From positions 1-50,733 of the IMG/VR virus record IMGVR_UViG_3300005512_000048: a stretch of 50,733 bases of DNA; one strand, given 5' to 3'. The stretch is from a virus. Taxonomy: Duplodnaviria; Caudoviricetes. The notes beneath the pieces are model-generated. The model did not search any database, was not told where the DNA came from, and was given only the letters and a program-made list of their open reading frames with translations. Positions 1-9,429 of this stretch are shown one piece after another (the first letter of the stretch is position 1; the number at the start of each line of letters is the position of its first letter). The translations under genes were made by a program, and so were the position numbers.

Positions 1-123
1 TCTTGACATCGGACGGTCTTTTCTCGTGCGTGATCGTGTCGCTGTAGGGTCCGAGGTTCAGAGCCATCAGTCAGATCCTTACAGGTATCGGTTGCGCCAC
101 TGTAAATAGACGTTCGCCACCGC
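1..123. repeat. Terminal direct repeat copy 1 (circular assembly overlap)
   Basis: Bases 1-123 are identical to 50611-50733; the overlap cuts through coding sequence, so the unit genome is 50610 bp. Confidence 0.97.
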
Positions 124-1566
124 GGTGACGTGGAAGATTGAGGTAGTATCCGGGGCAAGTCTTGGGATGATGTACCCGTCATCAGGCCAGACGCCCGTGG
201 TCAGGGCGCCCGTAGAGACAACCATCTTTTTGCCCGAGTATGCATTGTCCTGGGCGTTGAACTCCAGGAAGTCGCCGGCGCCGAGAGTCACGGTCTTCTT
301 TAACACCGTGTTCCTGTTCTTGATCCGCTCCTCCGGGTCGTTGGCAATCAGGTCGTGCTCGGTGGCTGACAACTGTGAAGACCAGCCGGCAAAGTAGTGG
401 ATCTTGGAGGCTCCGGAGAAGTTGTTGCCCGAACTGTGCATCGTCAGGGCTGTGGGGTTGGCATCCAAGCCCGTCGCGCTGTTGTTCTGTGTGTCTAAGT
501 CTCCGTCAATGTAGATCTTCATGCCGCTCGACCCGTAGGTCAGGCCGACCTTGATCACATCGCCCGATGCGAAGTTCTGCTCCGAGGATACCAGCGTATA
601 GGAGGTGCCCCCAGCCTTCACGATGAATACCCACCGCCGGTCTGTCTGTGCCGCCCCCCCGGCATTCATATATCCAAACCACACATAGTCGTTCGCGCCG
701 TACCTGTGCTCAAAGATCGCTTTCGTTCCGGTCGCATTGAAATCGAACTGCGGCTCCACAACGACGAACCAGCTGCCGGCGTCTTTGTTGCCAATCACGG
801 CCGAGCTGAGCGTATATGCGCCATTGAGGTAGAAGCAATGCCCGAAGCCGGCAGACGAAGGACTGAACAGCGCGGCCTCTTGGGCGTCGGTCCCCGAGAA
901 AACGGCTGACGAGGTGCCGTTCAGCACGTTGGTGAAACTCGTCGAAAGGTTGAATGGGCAAATGTATATGGAGTCACCGACCACAAGCTCTGGGTTGGTC
1001 GCAGCGCCTTTAAGGATCAGCCGCAGGTCCGATGTGAAGGTCCCGGTGGTCAGCTCACGGAATGTCCCGGCGCTGGCCACGTAGTTGTCCTCACTCAAAG
1101 ACGTGGCCAGGCCGAATGGCGGATCCGCTATCAGGCTGATCGTGACGTCGCCCATGCGCTTGCCGCTGTTACGCGGGCCGACAGGCACCATCGTTGCCGA
1201 GCCCCCGTAGTAGCACAGGTAATGCCTGTCCGTCTGGTTGGGATCCACCACCTTCAGCCGTGCGGGTCTCCCCTCGTCGCGGTAGCTGTTCAGATAGGAT
1301 TTGAGGGCATCGAAGTTGCTGTAAAGCAGGGTGTTCGTCTGTGCCGTCATCCTCCCCTGAACAATGACCGGACGGGGAGCATAGTGCTCCCGGAAGCGGT
1401 AGGAACCGTGCGCCCCGGCACGGTCAGCAACCGAGGCCCGAATCGGCGGCATGTCCGCAGCCGTGGTCGACATGAGAGCCAGCCCAAACTGGTAAAAGTC
1501 CGTGCCGCCGAAGCTGCCGCCGCTGGTCGCGCCGCTGAGTACAGAAGGTGTGGTCGGATCAGGCAT
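79..1566 (-). CDS. Distal tail (Dit)-like protein with inserted LamG/ConA-like domain
   Basis: N-terminal siphophage tail-component pattern (YAPRPVIVQGRM...ISLIADPPFG); central LamG-like segment (KVGLTYGSSGMKIYIDG...WSSQLSATE); in tail operon. Confidence 0.65.
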   Translation of the reverse strand: MPDPTTPSVLSGATSGGSFGGTDFYQFGLALMSTTAADMPPIRASVADRAGAHGSYRFREHYAPRPVIVQGRMTAQTNTLLYSNFDALKSYLNSYRDEGRPARLKVVDPNQTDRHYLCYYGGSATMVPVGPRNSGKRMGDVTISLIADPPFGLATSLSEDNYVASAGTFRELTTGTFTSDLRLILKGAATNPELVVGDSIYICPFNLSTSFTNVLNGTSSAVFSGTDAQEAALFSPSSAGFGHCFYLNGAYTLSSAVIGNKDAGSWFVVVEPQFDFNATGTKAIFEHRYGANDYVWFGYMNAGGAAQTDRRWVFIVKAGGTSYTLVSSEQNFASGDVIKVGLTYGSSGMKIYIDGDLDTQNNSATGLDANPTALTMHSSGNNFSGASKIHYFAGWSSQLSATEHDLIANDPEERIKNRNTVLKKTVTLGAGDFLEFNAQDNAYSGKKMVVSTGALTTGVWPDDGYIIPRLAPDTTSIFHVTAVANVYLQWRNRYL

Positions 1567-1569
1567 GGG

Positions 1570-1785
1570 CTATTTCGTCCCGTTGGATCCTTCTGGCTTG
1601 AGCAATTCTTCGAGCGCCTCGATCTTTGCCTGCAGCCCGTATGTTTCATTCACGAGCTGCTGCCGCTGTCCTTCGAGCTTCTGGAGCTGCTGGTGCACGC
1701 CCTGGAGGTTCATATTCTTGGTCTGCAGCTCTGCCTTCAGGGTTTCCAGCCGTTCCTTTACAGACTGTTCGCTGATGCCTGGCAT
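1570..1785 (-). CDS. Small coiled-coil protein
   Basis: 71 aa from ATG 1785 with purine-rich RBS; Leu/Gln heptads; follows the large tail protein in the late operon. Confidence 0.7.
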   Translation of the reverse strand: MPGISEQSVKERLETLKAELQTKNMNLQGVHQQLQKLEGQRQQLVNETYGLQAKIEALEELLKPEGSNGTK

Positions 1786-1799
1786 TCTAACCCCTTCCC

Positions 1800-1829
1800 T
1801 TGACTTACGTGGTTGACCTGCGCTATATT
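1800..1829 (+). promoter_or_regulatory. sigma70-like promoter of the plus-strand moron
   Basis: TTGACT-N18-TATATT, then AGGAGG RBS ahead of GTG 1872. Confidence 0.55.
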
Positions 1830-1871
1830 TCACTGTCCGCTAACCTCAAAACTGTGACAGGAGGATGTGCT

Positions 1872-2681
1872 GTGAAAGCTCTACTCTGCTCCTTGCTCGT
1901 GCTTCTCGCCGCGCCTGCTGCCGCCAAGGGCCTGCCGGGCGTGATGGTGGTGGCCAGTGGGGACACGGCCCTTGCGTATACCTTGAGACGGGAAGCTGCT
2001 GGCGACACCGTCCAAGTTCCTGGTGAGGACACGCTCCGGATCTCGGTAAACGTCGGCGACACCGTTTCTGTTGAACTGTGGGCCGTGAACTGGCCGACAG
2101 TGACCGGATATTATATGACCGTCCAGGACCTCCATTTTCAGCCCAAAGTGGCGACCACAGCCCCCTTGCCATTCGTACCTATCGACTACCTGCCGGGTTC
2201 GTTTCTGGCTGGTCCCGATCTTCCAACCACAGCTCAGGGCATCGTGTTTGATAGCGGGGTAATTCAGATCGGCCTCGCGTCGCTTGGGGAGCGCCAGGAC
2301 TTTGGAAGTGGCCTTCTTGGCACATTCCGGTTTGAGACCGCCGAAGCCTTTGAGGATAGCCTGGACACTTCCTTCTATCGTGCTTACTGGAGCGCCCCGG
2401 CCGACTCTGCCGACATCACAGGTGGCGCGGGTGCCCCTATCCGTGTAGTGCTGAGAATCGGCAACCTGCCCCCGCCGGCCGAGCCCGTTACTGCGGACTT
2501 CGACAAGAGCGGCATGGTCGATTTCAAGGACTTCCTTTTGTTTGCAATCGCATTTCAGGAAGACTCTGCCGGCCGAGCCTACAGCCAACGATTCGACCTT
2601 GCCCTGAACCAGCGCATCGACTTCAACGATTTCCTGTTGTTCGCAAGTCACTTTGGGAAAGCTCCTCAGGTGATCCGCTAG
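1872..2681 (+). CDS. Secreted cohesin-like plus dockerin/EF-hand-like protein (moron)
   Basis: Signal peptide MKALLCSLLVLLAAPAAA; cohesin-like beta domain (VNVGDTVSVEL...GSGLLGTFRF); Pro linker; two Ca-binding repeats DFDKSGMVDFKDFLLFA and DLALNQRIDFNDFLLFA. Confidence 0.75.
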   Translation: MKALLCSLLVLLAAPAAAKGLPGVMVVASGDTALAYTLRREAAGDTVQVPGEDTLRISVNVGDTVSVELWAVNWPTVTGYYMTVQDLHFQPKVATTAPLPFVPIDYLPGSFLAGPDLPTTAQGIVFDSGVIQIGLASLGERQDFGSGLLGTFRFETAEAFEDSLDTSFYRAYWSAPADSADITGGAGAPIRVVLRIGNLPPPAEPVTADFDKSGMVDFKDFLLFAIAFQEDSAGRAYSQRFDLALNQRIDFNDFLLFASHFGKAPQVIR

Positions 2682-5600
2682 ACGTCCTCAAGAATCAGGT
2701 AGAAGGTGTCGGTCCCCGGATTGTTCCCAAAGGCTATGTAAGCCGATGTGGGTACCGAGCCTCGCTTTGTGATCCTGAGTCGCTTCTTGGTTACATCGTC
2801 TGCCGTCGCTGCTCCCGCCCCCGTATCCGGAATGACAGACAACCCATCACTGGCCTGCAGGATGTAGAAGTCCTCATTGCATTGGACGTCTCCCTCGAAG
2901 TAGCTCGCCTCTGTTGCTGCGCTGTAGATCGCATATCCTGTCCCGCCGCCGGACACGGTGATCGAGTTCCCGATATAGACGCCCACGGAATCCCCGCCAC
3001 CATCGGCGTCAACAGCTCCCACCTCGAATCCTGCAGCCCTACCTGTCCCGCTATTGTTGATCGTCTTCGCGTAGAACCCAGAAGCTCGTGCGGAGCCTCC
3101 GAGGGCGTTGACATCATTGGCCTGGAAGGCGACCGTCGCCCCAGAGTTTGTTGCGGCCTGGCCATAGTAGCTGACTCCCTCAGAAGACCCTCCGGACGCA
3201 TAGACATTGGTCACAGACGAGATAGACCCGCGCACCAGATCATTGGAGTTGATATAGAGCGCAATCTCGTCACCATCTACCGCTGTGGACGCTGATCCGC
3301 CGTGATTGGCATCTAGCAACCGCCAGGTCGCACGACTGCCGCCGCTGTACTGGCCTATGCCAGAAGCATCCAGGTACAGCCCTCCATTTATTACAGCCAG
3401 GCCGTAGGCCTGCACTGGCGTGGCAGAGCCCACCGCTGCCAAGTCTCCAAGGTCCAGGATCTTACTGCCGGCGCGATAGTGCTCGTAGGACCCTGACGCA
3501 AAATCGATCACAATCTTGTCGTTTGCATCCGGCCCCACGGTCAGGGTGCCCGTGGTGACGTTCCCCGCATCAATCCCGCTCGTCACGATGCCGCCAGGCA
3601 CGCTCAAGACACCCGCCGTGGTCCACGTAATCGGACTCCCGGCAGCTGCCCCCAGGCGTCCACTGCCGTCTGTGGCGATGGCAAATGTGCCGGTGCCTGC
3701 TGCGTTGAACCCTGCAACCCCGGCAGAGCTGATTACCACCCGACTATTGCCGGTAGTGGTGTCTGTGATCTGCGAGGTGTCGATGAGTTTTGTAACCTGG
3801 CCACTGACATTGAGGCCCGTCGCTGCCGCGTTAGCACCGCCCTCAACAGTGCTGGCCGCTGTGCTGCCTATCGTGGCTGTGCCGCCCACTGTCACGGACG
3901 ATCCCACCGCCATGTTCCCGGAGGCGTCCCAGGATATACCGTTGGCGGCAGATCCCAGCCACCCGGTACCGTCAGTGTTGATCATCACACGCTGCGTAGA
4001 GGCGGCGTTGTAGCAGCGGATGCCGTCGTTGCCAAGAACAACCCTAGATGCGCCAGACTGCGTCTCTGTGATTTGTGACGAGTCGACCAGTTTTGTAACC
4101 TGGCCACTGACATTGAGGCCCGTCGCTGCCGCGTTAGCACCGCCCTCAACAGTGCTGGCCGCTGTGCTGCCTATCGTGGCTGTGCCGCCCACTGTCACGG
4201 ACGATCCCACCGCCATGTTCCCGGAGGCGTCCCAGGATATACCGTTGGCGGCAGATCCCAGCCACCCGGTACCGTCAGTGTTGATCATCACACGCTGCGT
4301 AGAGGCGGCGTTGTAGCAGCGGATGCCGTCGTTGCCAAGAACAACCCTAGATGCGCCAGACTGCGTCTCTGTGATTTGTGACGAGTCGACCAGCTTTGTA
4401 ACCTGTCCGCTGACATTGAGGCCGAGGCCTGCAGCAGCGGCTTCGGCCTCAACGGTGCTGGCGGCCGTGCTGCCGATGGTCACTGTTCCGCCGATGGTGA
4501 CCGCCCCAGCCGCAGACCAGGAGAACGCGCCAGAGGCCCCGAACCAGCCCGAGCCGTCCGTGTTGATGAGAACCCTTTGCGTAGACCCTGAGTCGTAGGC
4601 CCTGATGCCGTCGTTGCCAAGCACCACCCTGGAGGCTCCCGTGGCCGTGCCCAGAATATTGGCCGTGTTTATAGGCGCTGCTATGGTCGCCCCAACGGTC
4701 AGCGTGCCCGCGAAATATGCCGCACCGTCAGACACCTGTACACCGAATGTGCTGGTAGCGTGCCCATACGACGGCCCCGAGTATATCCCGGTGCTGTCAA
4801 TGGTCACCGGGATGGTGCCTGGGGCGTTGACGATGCACTTGTCGGTCTCCAAAGTCCCGGTGACGATGCGCGAGCCCGATACCTGCAGTGACCCATCCTG
4901 CCTTACAATCTCCAGACCGGCGTCACTTACGCCACCCGTAAGCACGTATGCCAGCACAACCTTGCGCGTGCCAATCGTGGCGGCAAAGCTGTTGGTGATC
5001 TGCAGGCCCGACCCCGGCGCCGACATATCAAAGTAGACCCAATAGTCAGAGCTGGCAGTGAGGCCCGTGAAGCTCCCAGAAGCAATGGCATACTGAAACT
5101 CTGTGCCGATGGACAGGACGCCGACGCCGAAGTTCATACTGTTGTAGGTTGCGCTGGTGAAGGATCCAGAAAACCGCACTGACATCGTGCTTGTCGGGCG
5201 ATCGTCTACGATTGCCTGCGTGGCTCTCTCGTTCTGGCCCTGTCCGCGCGCGGTCCTGTTTTTTCCGTTCAGTAGCTCCAGGTCTCTTTCCGTGTCCTTG
5301 TCTGCCAGAGACTTCACGACGTTCCCCACCTGGTAGGCAACATCCTGGCCGTTGATCACAGACCAGGTCCGCTCCTTCACGCGCTGTGATACCGTAATAC
5401 CCAGCTCGTAGTCTTCAACCGGGATGGTGTCGCCGAGGCTGATCTCGTAGTCGGCATAAGTGTCCGGGTCCACCTCGAACAGGTCCAGGGCGTCCACGAA
5501 ATAGGTTGTCTCCGGCGCCTTCCGTGCGGTCAGTTCGGCGTCGGCCTCGTTGTACAGAACGTCGGCCTCATCGCCGACGATGAAGTGCTTGAACTCATCG

Positions 5601-6847
5601 CCCATCGCCACCAGGGCGGCGTCGGCATAGAACGTCGCCCCGCCACCGCTGGCGTAGATCTTGAGCGTCGTGGATGTCGCCGTGAACTCCGAGCCCGTCC
5701 TGCTGATCGCCAGGAACCCGCCCGTTGTGCTTTCGCCATCCCCGGCATACCTGGAGACAGTCCCGTCCGTCAGTTCGATCTTTATGACGGCCCCGGCATC
5801 GATCGCCTCGATGTAGAGGTTGACCCAGAACACCACGCGCGAGTTTGCCGTCACGGTTGCGCCCTGGCTCACTCCCTCACCGTCGGCCGCCACCACCTTC
5901 TGGCTCTTTGTGCCATACTCGTAGTAGTCGGCGTCCGTATTCTCCGTGACGGTCGGAGTGCCGATCTTCGCCCATCCGGCACAAAGGCCTGCGGTGTAGG
6001 TCCCGGAGAAGTCGGGAGAAGTGCCGATCAGGTTCTCCCAATCCTCCAGGTCCGGGTTCTGGTAGACCGCGGAGCGGTTGTATTTGGCGTGCTCCGTGGC
6101 GTCTTGTACGTAGGCCAGCCCCCCGGCAAGACTTGAAGCCGACAGCTGCATGGCGGGCTTACCGCCGCCGATCCCATATACCCGCGTGGCCATGTTTGAC
6201 TTGTCCACAACCTTGCGGATGCCCTGGAGGTTGGTGCCGTATCTCAGTCTGGCGCTCGCAGAGCTGTCGCCCATCGTGACCGGGAAGTCCAGCGTCAGCG
6301 GCGACGTGGACTCGTCCAGCGTCATCTCCCGGCCCATCTTCGCGCACAGCTTCCGGAAGCAGTAAAGGGGCGTGTTCCAGTTAATCGCGAACAGGTCTAC
6401 TATCGCGGTGTCTGAGGCGACAGTCCCGATCTGGAACTCGGTATTCGCTCCTGCGCCGTCAAGGATGGCGGAGAGGAGCGTGCCGAGCTGGATGTTCGCG
6501 TACTCTTTGTCGTACGGGTAGATATACCGGTCCCGCAGGTGGCACCAGATGCGCTCGGCCTTGACCTGGATGGCCTTCTGGTCACCCTGCCTGATGAGGT
6601 CCCAGTCGATGATGTTGTAGGTGCGGATGTCGGTGGGGCTGTGCAGGTTCACCAAGCGAATGAATGCCGTCTCGGCGCAGAGGTTGTCCTCATACGTGAA
6701 GTCAGGCGTGACCAGGGTCAGCTCGTCCTCACCCTCGACCTTGTCGGTTACCACGCACGACGAGATCGTGGTCTCGGCGTACGGGTTCCACAGCACGCCG
6801 ACCTTGATCTTTGAGGAGTTGAGAACCTGTATCTCGCGCCCCTGCAT
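2678..6847 (-). CDS. Large tail tip/hub protein (Tal / prophage-tail-endopeptidase-like) with CBM-like insert and repeated fibre extension
   Basis: 1389 aa directly after tape measure gene; motifs RYGTNLQGIRK, TRVYGIGG, ISLGDTIPVEDYELGI; 101-aa tandem repeats in C-terminal half. Confidence 0.8.
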   Translation of the reverse strand: MQGREIQVLNSSKIKVGVLWNPYAETTISSCVVTDKVEGEDELTLVTPDFTYEDNLCAETAFIRLVNLHSPTDIRTYNIIDWDLIRQGDQKAIQVKAERIWCHLRDRYIYPYDKEYANIQLGTLLSAILDGAGANTEFQIGTVASDTAIVDLFAINWNTPLYCFRKLCAKMGREMTLDESTSPLTLDFPVTMGDSSASARLRYGTNLQGIRKVVDKSNMATRVYGIGGGKPAMQLSASSLAGGLAYVQDATEHAKYNRSAVYQNPDLEDWENLIGTSPDFSGTYTAGLCAGWAKIGTPTVTENTDADYYEYGTKSQKVVAADGEGVSQGATVTANSRVVFWVNLYIEAIDAGAVIKIELTDGTVSRYAGDGESTTGGFLAISRTGSEFTATSTTLKIYASGGGATFYADAALVAMGDEFKHFIVGDEADVLYNEADAELTARKAPETTYFVDALDLFEVDPDTYADYEISLGDTIPVEDYELGITVSQRVKERTWSVINGQDVAYQVGNVVKSLADKDTERDLELLNGKNRTARGQGQNERATQAIVDDRPTSTMSVRFSGSFTSATYNSMNFGVGVLSIGTEFQYAIASGSFTGLTASSDYWVYFDMSAPGSGLQITNSFAATIGTRKVVLAYVLTGGVSDAGLEIVRQDGSLQVSGSRIVTGTLETDKCIVNAPGTIPVTIDSTGIYSGPSYGHATSTFGVQVSDGAAYFAGTLTVGATIAAPINTANILGTATGASRVVLGNDGIRAYDSGSTQRVLINTDGSGWFGASGAFSWSAAGAVTIGGTVTIGSTAASTVEAEAAAAGLGLNVSGQVTKLVDSSQITETQSGASRVVLGNDGIRCYNAASTQRVMINTDGTGWLGSAANGISWDASGNMAVGSSVTVGGTATIGSTAASTVEGGANAAATGLNVSGQVTKLVDSSQITETQSGASRVVLGNDGIRCYNAASTQRVMINTDGTGWLGSAANGISWDASGNMAVGSSVTVGGTATIGSTAASTVEGGANAAATGLNVSGQVTKLIDTSQITDTTTGNSRVVISSAGVAGFNAAGTGTFAIATDGSGRLGAAAGSPITWTTAGVLSVPGGIVTSGIDAGNVTTGTLTVGPDANDKIVIDFASGSYEHYRAGSKILDLGDLAAVGSATPVQAYGLAVINGGLYLDASGIGQYSGGSRATWRLLDANHGGSASTAVDGDEIALYINSNDLVRGSISSVTNVYASGGSSEGVSYYGQAATNSGATVAFQANDVNALGGSARASGFYAKTINNSGTGRAAGFEVGAVDADGGGDSVGVYIGNSITVSGGGTGYAIYSAATEASYFEGDVQCNEDFYILQASDGLSVIPDTGAGAATADDVTKKRLRITKRGSVPTSAYIAFGNNPGTDTFYLILEDV
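3786..4393. repeat. 303-bp tandem duplication (two identical units, flanked by diverged units)
   Basis: 3786-4090 matches 4089-4393 base for base; diverged related units continue to about 4690 and back to about 3600. Confidence 0.92.
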
Positions 6848-6859
6848 TCTTTTCTTCCC

Positions 6860-8737
6860 CTATATCCCCGCTGACCTGTTCGTGGATGAGGTCCTGGCAC
6901 CGCCGCCGCCGAGCCTGACGAGCTCTCCGGTGTTGGCGGCAATTGTCTTCAGGTGGCCGTTCTGCAGCTCGGCGAGCATCGAGTTGATGCCTGCGAGCAT
7001 GTTGGTGCCTGTCGCATCGGTCATGGTTGTTGCTACGCTGGAATAGAACCGCTCGCCGGTTTCGATAGAGCCGCTGCCTTGCATACTGCGGATCCTGGCC
7101 TCCTGTGCCGCGATCTGGGCGTCTATGTTGGTCGGGTCGATCCCAAGCTGCAAGCTCATCCCTGGCGCGTTCTTCACGGTCCGAAGGTTCGCCAGGCGCG
7201 TGCGTGCATCCTCCAGGGCATTCCGGGCCTCTACCGGTATCTGCTCCTCGGACGTGAGCATGGCCAACTCCCGCTCACGGGCGAGCTCTTCGGCGTCCTT
7301 CGACGCGAACAGCGACCCCAGGCCCTTCAGAACCGATATGCCGCCGACGAACGCCTGGCCCAGGCCAGCCACGTTGCCGAGTGCGGCCGTGAGGCCTTTG
7401 GGAAGCTGCAGGTAGGCCGCGCCAGAGAGGCTGCCGAAGCCAGCCCTGACGTTCGCAATTCCGCCGAAGATCCCCTGACCCTTCAGACCCAGCGCCTGCA
7501 TCTGGGCCTCTACGCGCTGCAGGGCGTTGCCGAACCCATCGCCCATATCCATCGGGATTTTCTCAAACGCCGGCCCAGCGACCTCGGCAACTTCCGTCAG
7601 CTGCTCCTTCAGCTTCGGGAGGGCCTGCTCAAAGCCGATAATACCGCCGTCCTCACCCCTCACAGCCCTGGTCACGGTCTCCTGCATCTCGCGTACGGCT
7701 GGGGTCACGCCTCCAGCAAACGTGTGCTGGATCTGTGGCTTTGGCATCACGTAGTTGTTGGGCAGCCTGAACCCGCCATACTCGAGGCCCTGGCCCTGGC
7801 CACGCCCGCGCCCGGAAAGGATTCCGGCATCCCTAAGCCTGTTCATGATGAAGGCGGTCTCGGCAACGCCTTGACCACCTGCGCCCTTGAATCCTCCCGA
7901 GCTGTTGAGCACGGTATTGTAGAGCTCCACCCACTCGCGCAGCTTGTTGACCAGCGGCGTTACTACGTCATTGGTCAGGTGCGTAAGTGCCGGAATCAGC
8001 TCGGTGGCGATGGCGTTCTTCAGGCCCTGGACACTGCCCTCCATGTCGCGCATGGCGTCCTGGTAGTCGGCTGAGTCTTTTGCCAGCTTACCGCTGAACA
8101 CTTCGCCCAGGTCCTCGGCGCGGCCCATCAACTCCTTGATGCCCTTGGACCCCTCGGCCAGCATCGGCAGCATTTCAACGCCGCTGCGCCCGAATATGTC
8201 CTGAGCCATCGCCGCCTGCTCTGCGGAGTTGCTCCACTGGCCCAGAGAGTCAGCGAGCTCGTAGAGCAGGGCGTCCTGGGACTTGAGTCTGCCCTCAGAG
8301 TCCGTGACCGTGATGCCCAGCTTGTCAAAGCTCTCCTTGGCAATCCCGGTACCTTTTGCCGCGTCCTGCATGTTGGCGGCCAGACGCCGAAAGCCAATTT
8401 CCAGGGACTGTATCGAGGTCCCGGACCTGTCCGCAGCAAATGACAAGGCGCTCAGGATCTCAGCCGCAAGTCCTGTGCGCTTTGACATCTTGTCCCAGGA
8501 GTCACCGAGCTGTGCGACCTGGCTGGCGAGCTTCAACACCACTACGCCGGCAGCCGTGAGGGCTGCGCCGATCGCGGCCCCTGTCGCGGCCACAGCCTTC
8601 GCCATGTCCTTAAAGCTATTGCCGATGCCCTTCGTGGACTTCTCGGCGTCGTTCTTGGCGCCCTTCAGCTTGCGCCCGAACTCGTCCGAGCCCTCTATGC
8701 CCAACTTCAGGAGCAGCTGCTCGCGTATCGAGGCCAT
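6860..8737 (-). CDS. Tail tape measure protein
   Basis: 625 aa helical Ala/Gly-rich; DKMSKRTG, FDKLGITV, AQDIFGRSG motifs; follows frameshifted chaperone. Confidence 0.9.
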   Translation of the reverse strand: MASIREQLLLKLGIEGSDEFGRKLKGAKNDAEKSTKGIGNSFKDMAKAVAATGAAIGAALTAAGVVVLKLASQVAQLGDSWDKMSKRTGLAAEILSALSFAADRSGTSIQSLEIGFRRLAANMQDAAKGTGIAKESFDKLGITVTDSEGRLKSQDALLYELADSLGQWSNSAEQAAMAQDIFGRSGVEMLPMLAEGSKGIKELMGRAEDLGEVFSGKLAKDSADYQDAMRDMEGSVQGLKNAIATELIPALTHLTNDVVTPLVNKLREWVELYNTVLNSSGGFKGAGGQGVAETAFIMNRLRDAGILSGRGRGQGQGLEYGGFRLPNNYVMPKPQIQHTFAGGVTPAVREMQETVTRAVRGEDGGIIGFEQALPKLKEQLTEVAEVAGPAFEKIPMDMGDGFGNALQRVEAQMQALGLKGQGIFGGIANVRAGFGSLSGAAYLQLPKGLTAALGNVAGLGQAFVGGISVLKGLGSLFASKDAEELARERELAMLTSEEQIPVEARNALEDARTRLANLRTVKNAPGMSLQLGIDPTNIDAQIAAQEARIRSMQGSGSIETGERFYSSVATTMTDATGTNMLAGINSMLAELQNGHLKTIAANTGELVRLGGGGARTSSTNRSAGI

Positions 8738-8743
8738 AATCTC

Positions 8744-8910
8744 TTATCCGAACAGGCTAAAACTGCGGTGCCTGGCTTTCGCGGCTCCCAGGAGCACCAG
8801 CTTCGCGTGGGCAACCCCCTCGCGGACATTGGGGTCGGTCGGGTCGTATCCCATCTCGATCATATCGACGTGCCAGTCGGCGCTAGCGCCTGCCGGATGG
8901 CTTTTTTTTT
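8744..8910 (-). CDS. -1 frameshift extension of tail assembly chaperone (gpGT-like)
   Basis: A9G slippery run at 8901-8910; -1 frame reads SHPAGASADWHVDMIEMGYDP...FSLFG and stops at 8744, just before the tape measure start. Confidence 0.75.
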
Positions 8911-9429
8911 ACTGTCGTCAACGTCTGGGAACATCGCCTCAATGAGGTCTGAGGCGTTTTGCGCTTCCCTGTAGGCGGTCCAGATATCGGCCTCCAGCGC
9001 CTGGGGCATGGACAGGAAGTCCTCGGCCGTGAGCTCCTGGTGTTTTGCTTCGTCGTACAGATCCTCGAAGATCAGGGCAAACAGCCGGAACTTGGCCTGG
9101 TGTATCGCCGTCAGTCTTTGCTCCACTCGCCTACGCCTCAAGCCCCAATGGCGCCACTTCCTGCGCTTCTCCCCCTCATCTGCGACCTTGAGGTCGAACC
9201 ACTCCCTAAACGCAGTGTCAACGCGCTCGAGGGCCCCCTCACTCTTGCTGTAGATCTTGACGACCTTGCCCGTGGGAAGGGTGAACTCGGCATGGGGCTT
9301 GCCGTAGAGGATGGCCCGCTCCTTGTGGTGCAGGAAGTCCTTGGGGCCGCTATCTGCCGCCTTGTCCTCGGGCACCAGCCATAGCTCATCATCCACTTCA
9401 GGGTCCAACGTGGTAGCGGCTTCGGTCAT
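8860..9429 (-). CDS. Tail assembly chaperone (gpG-like)
   Basis: ATG 9429 with GGAGGAG RBS overlapping upstream stop; ends ..DDSKKKAIRQ..; between tube and tape measure genes. Confidence 0.75.
   Translation of the reverse strand: MTEAATTLDPEVDDELWLVPEDKAADSGPKDFLHHKERAILYGKPHAEFTLPTGKVVKIYSKSEGALERVDTAFREWFDLKVADEGEKRRKWRHWGLRRRRVEQRLTAIHQAKFRLFALIFEDLYDEAKHQELTAEDFLSMPQALEADIWTAYREAQNASDLIEAMFPDVDDSKKKAIRQALAPTGTSI

Noticed and set aside
1-123. 123-bp terminal repeat as physical phage termini
   Set aside because: It cuts through two tail genes and looks like an assembler overlap.
3786-4393. DGR template/variable repeat pair or CRISPR array
   Set aside because: Copies are identical, in frame and tandem; no adenine-specific mismatches, spacers or reverse transcriptase.
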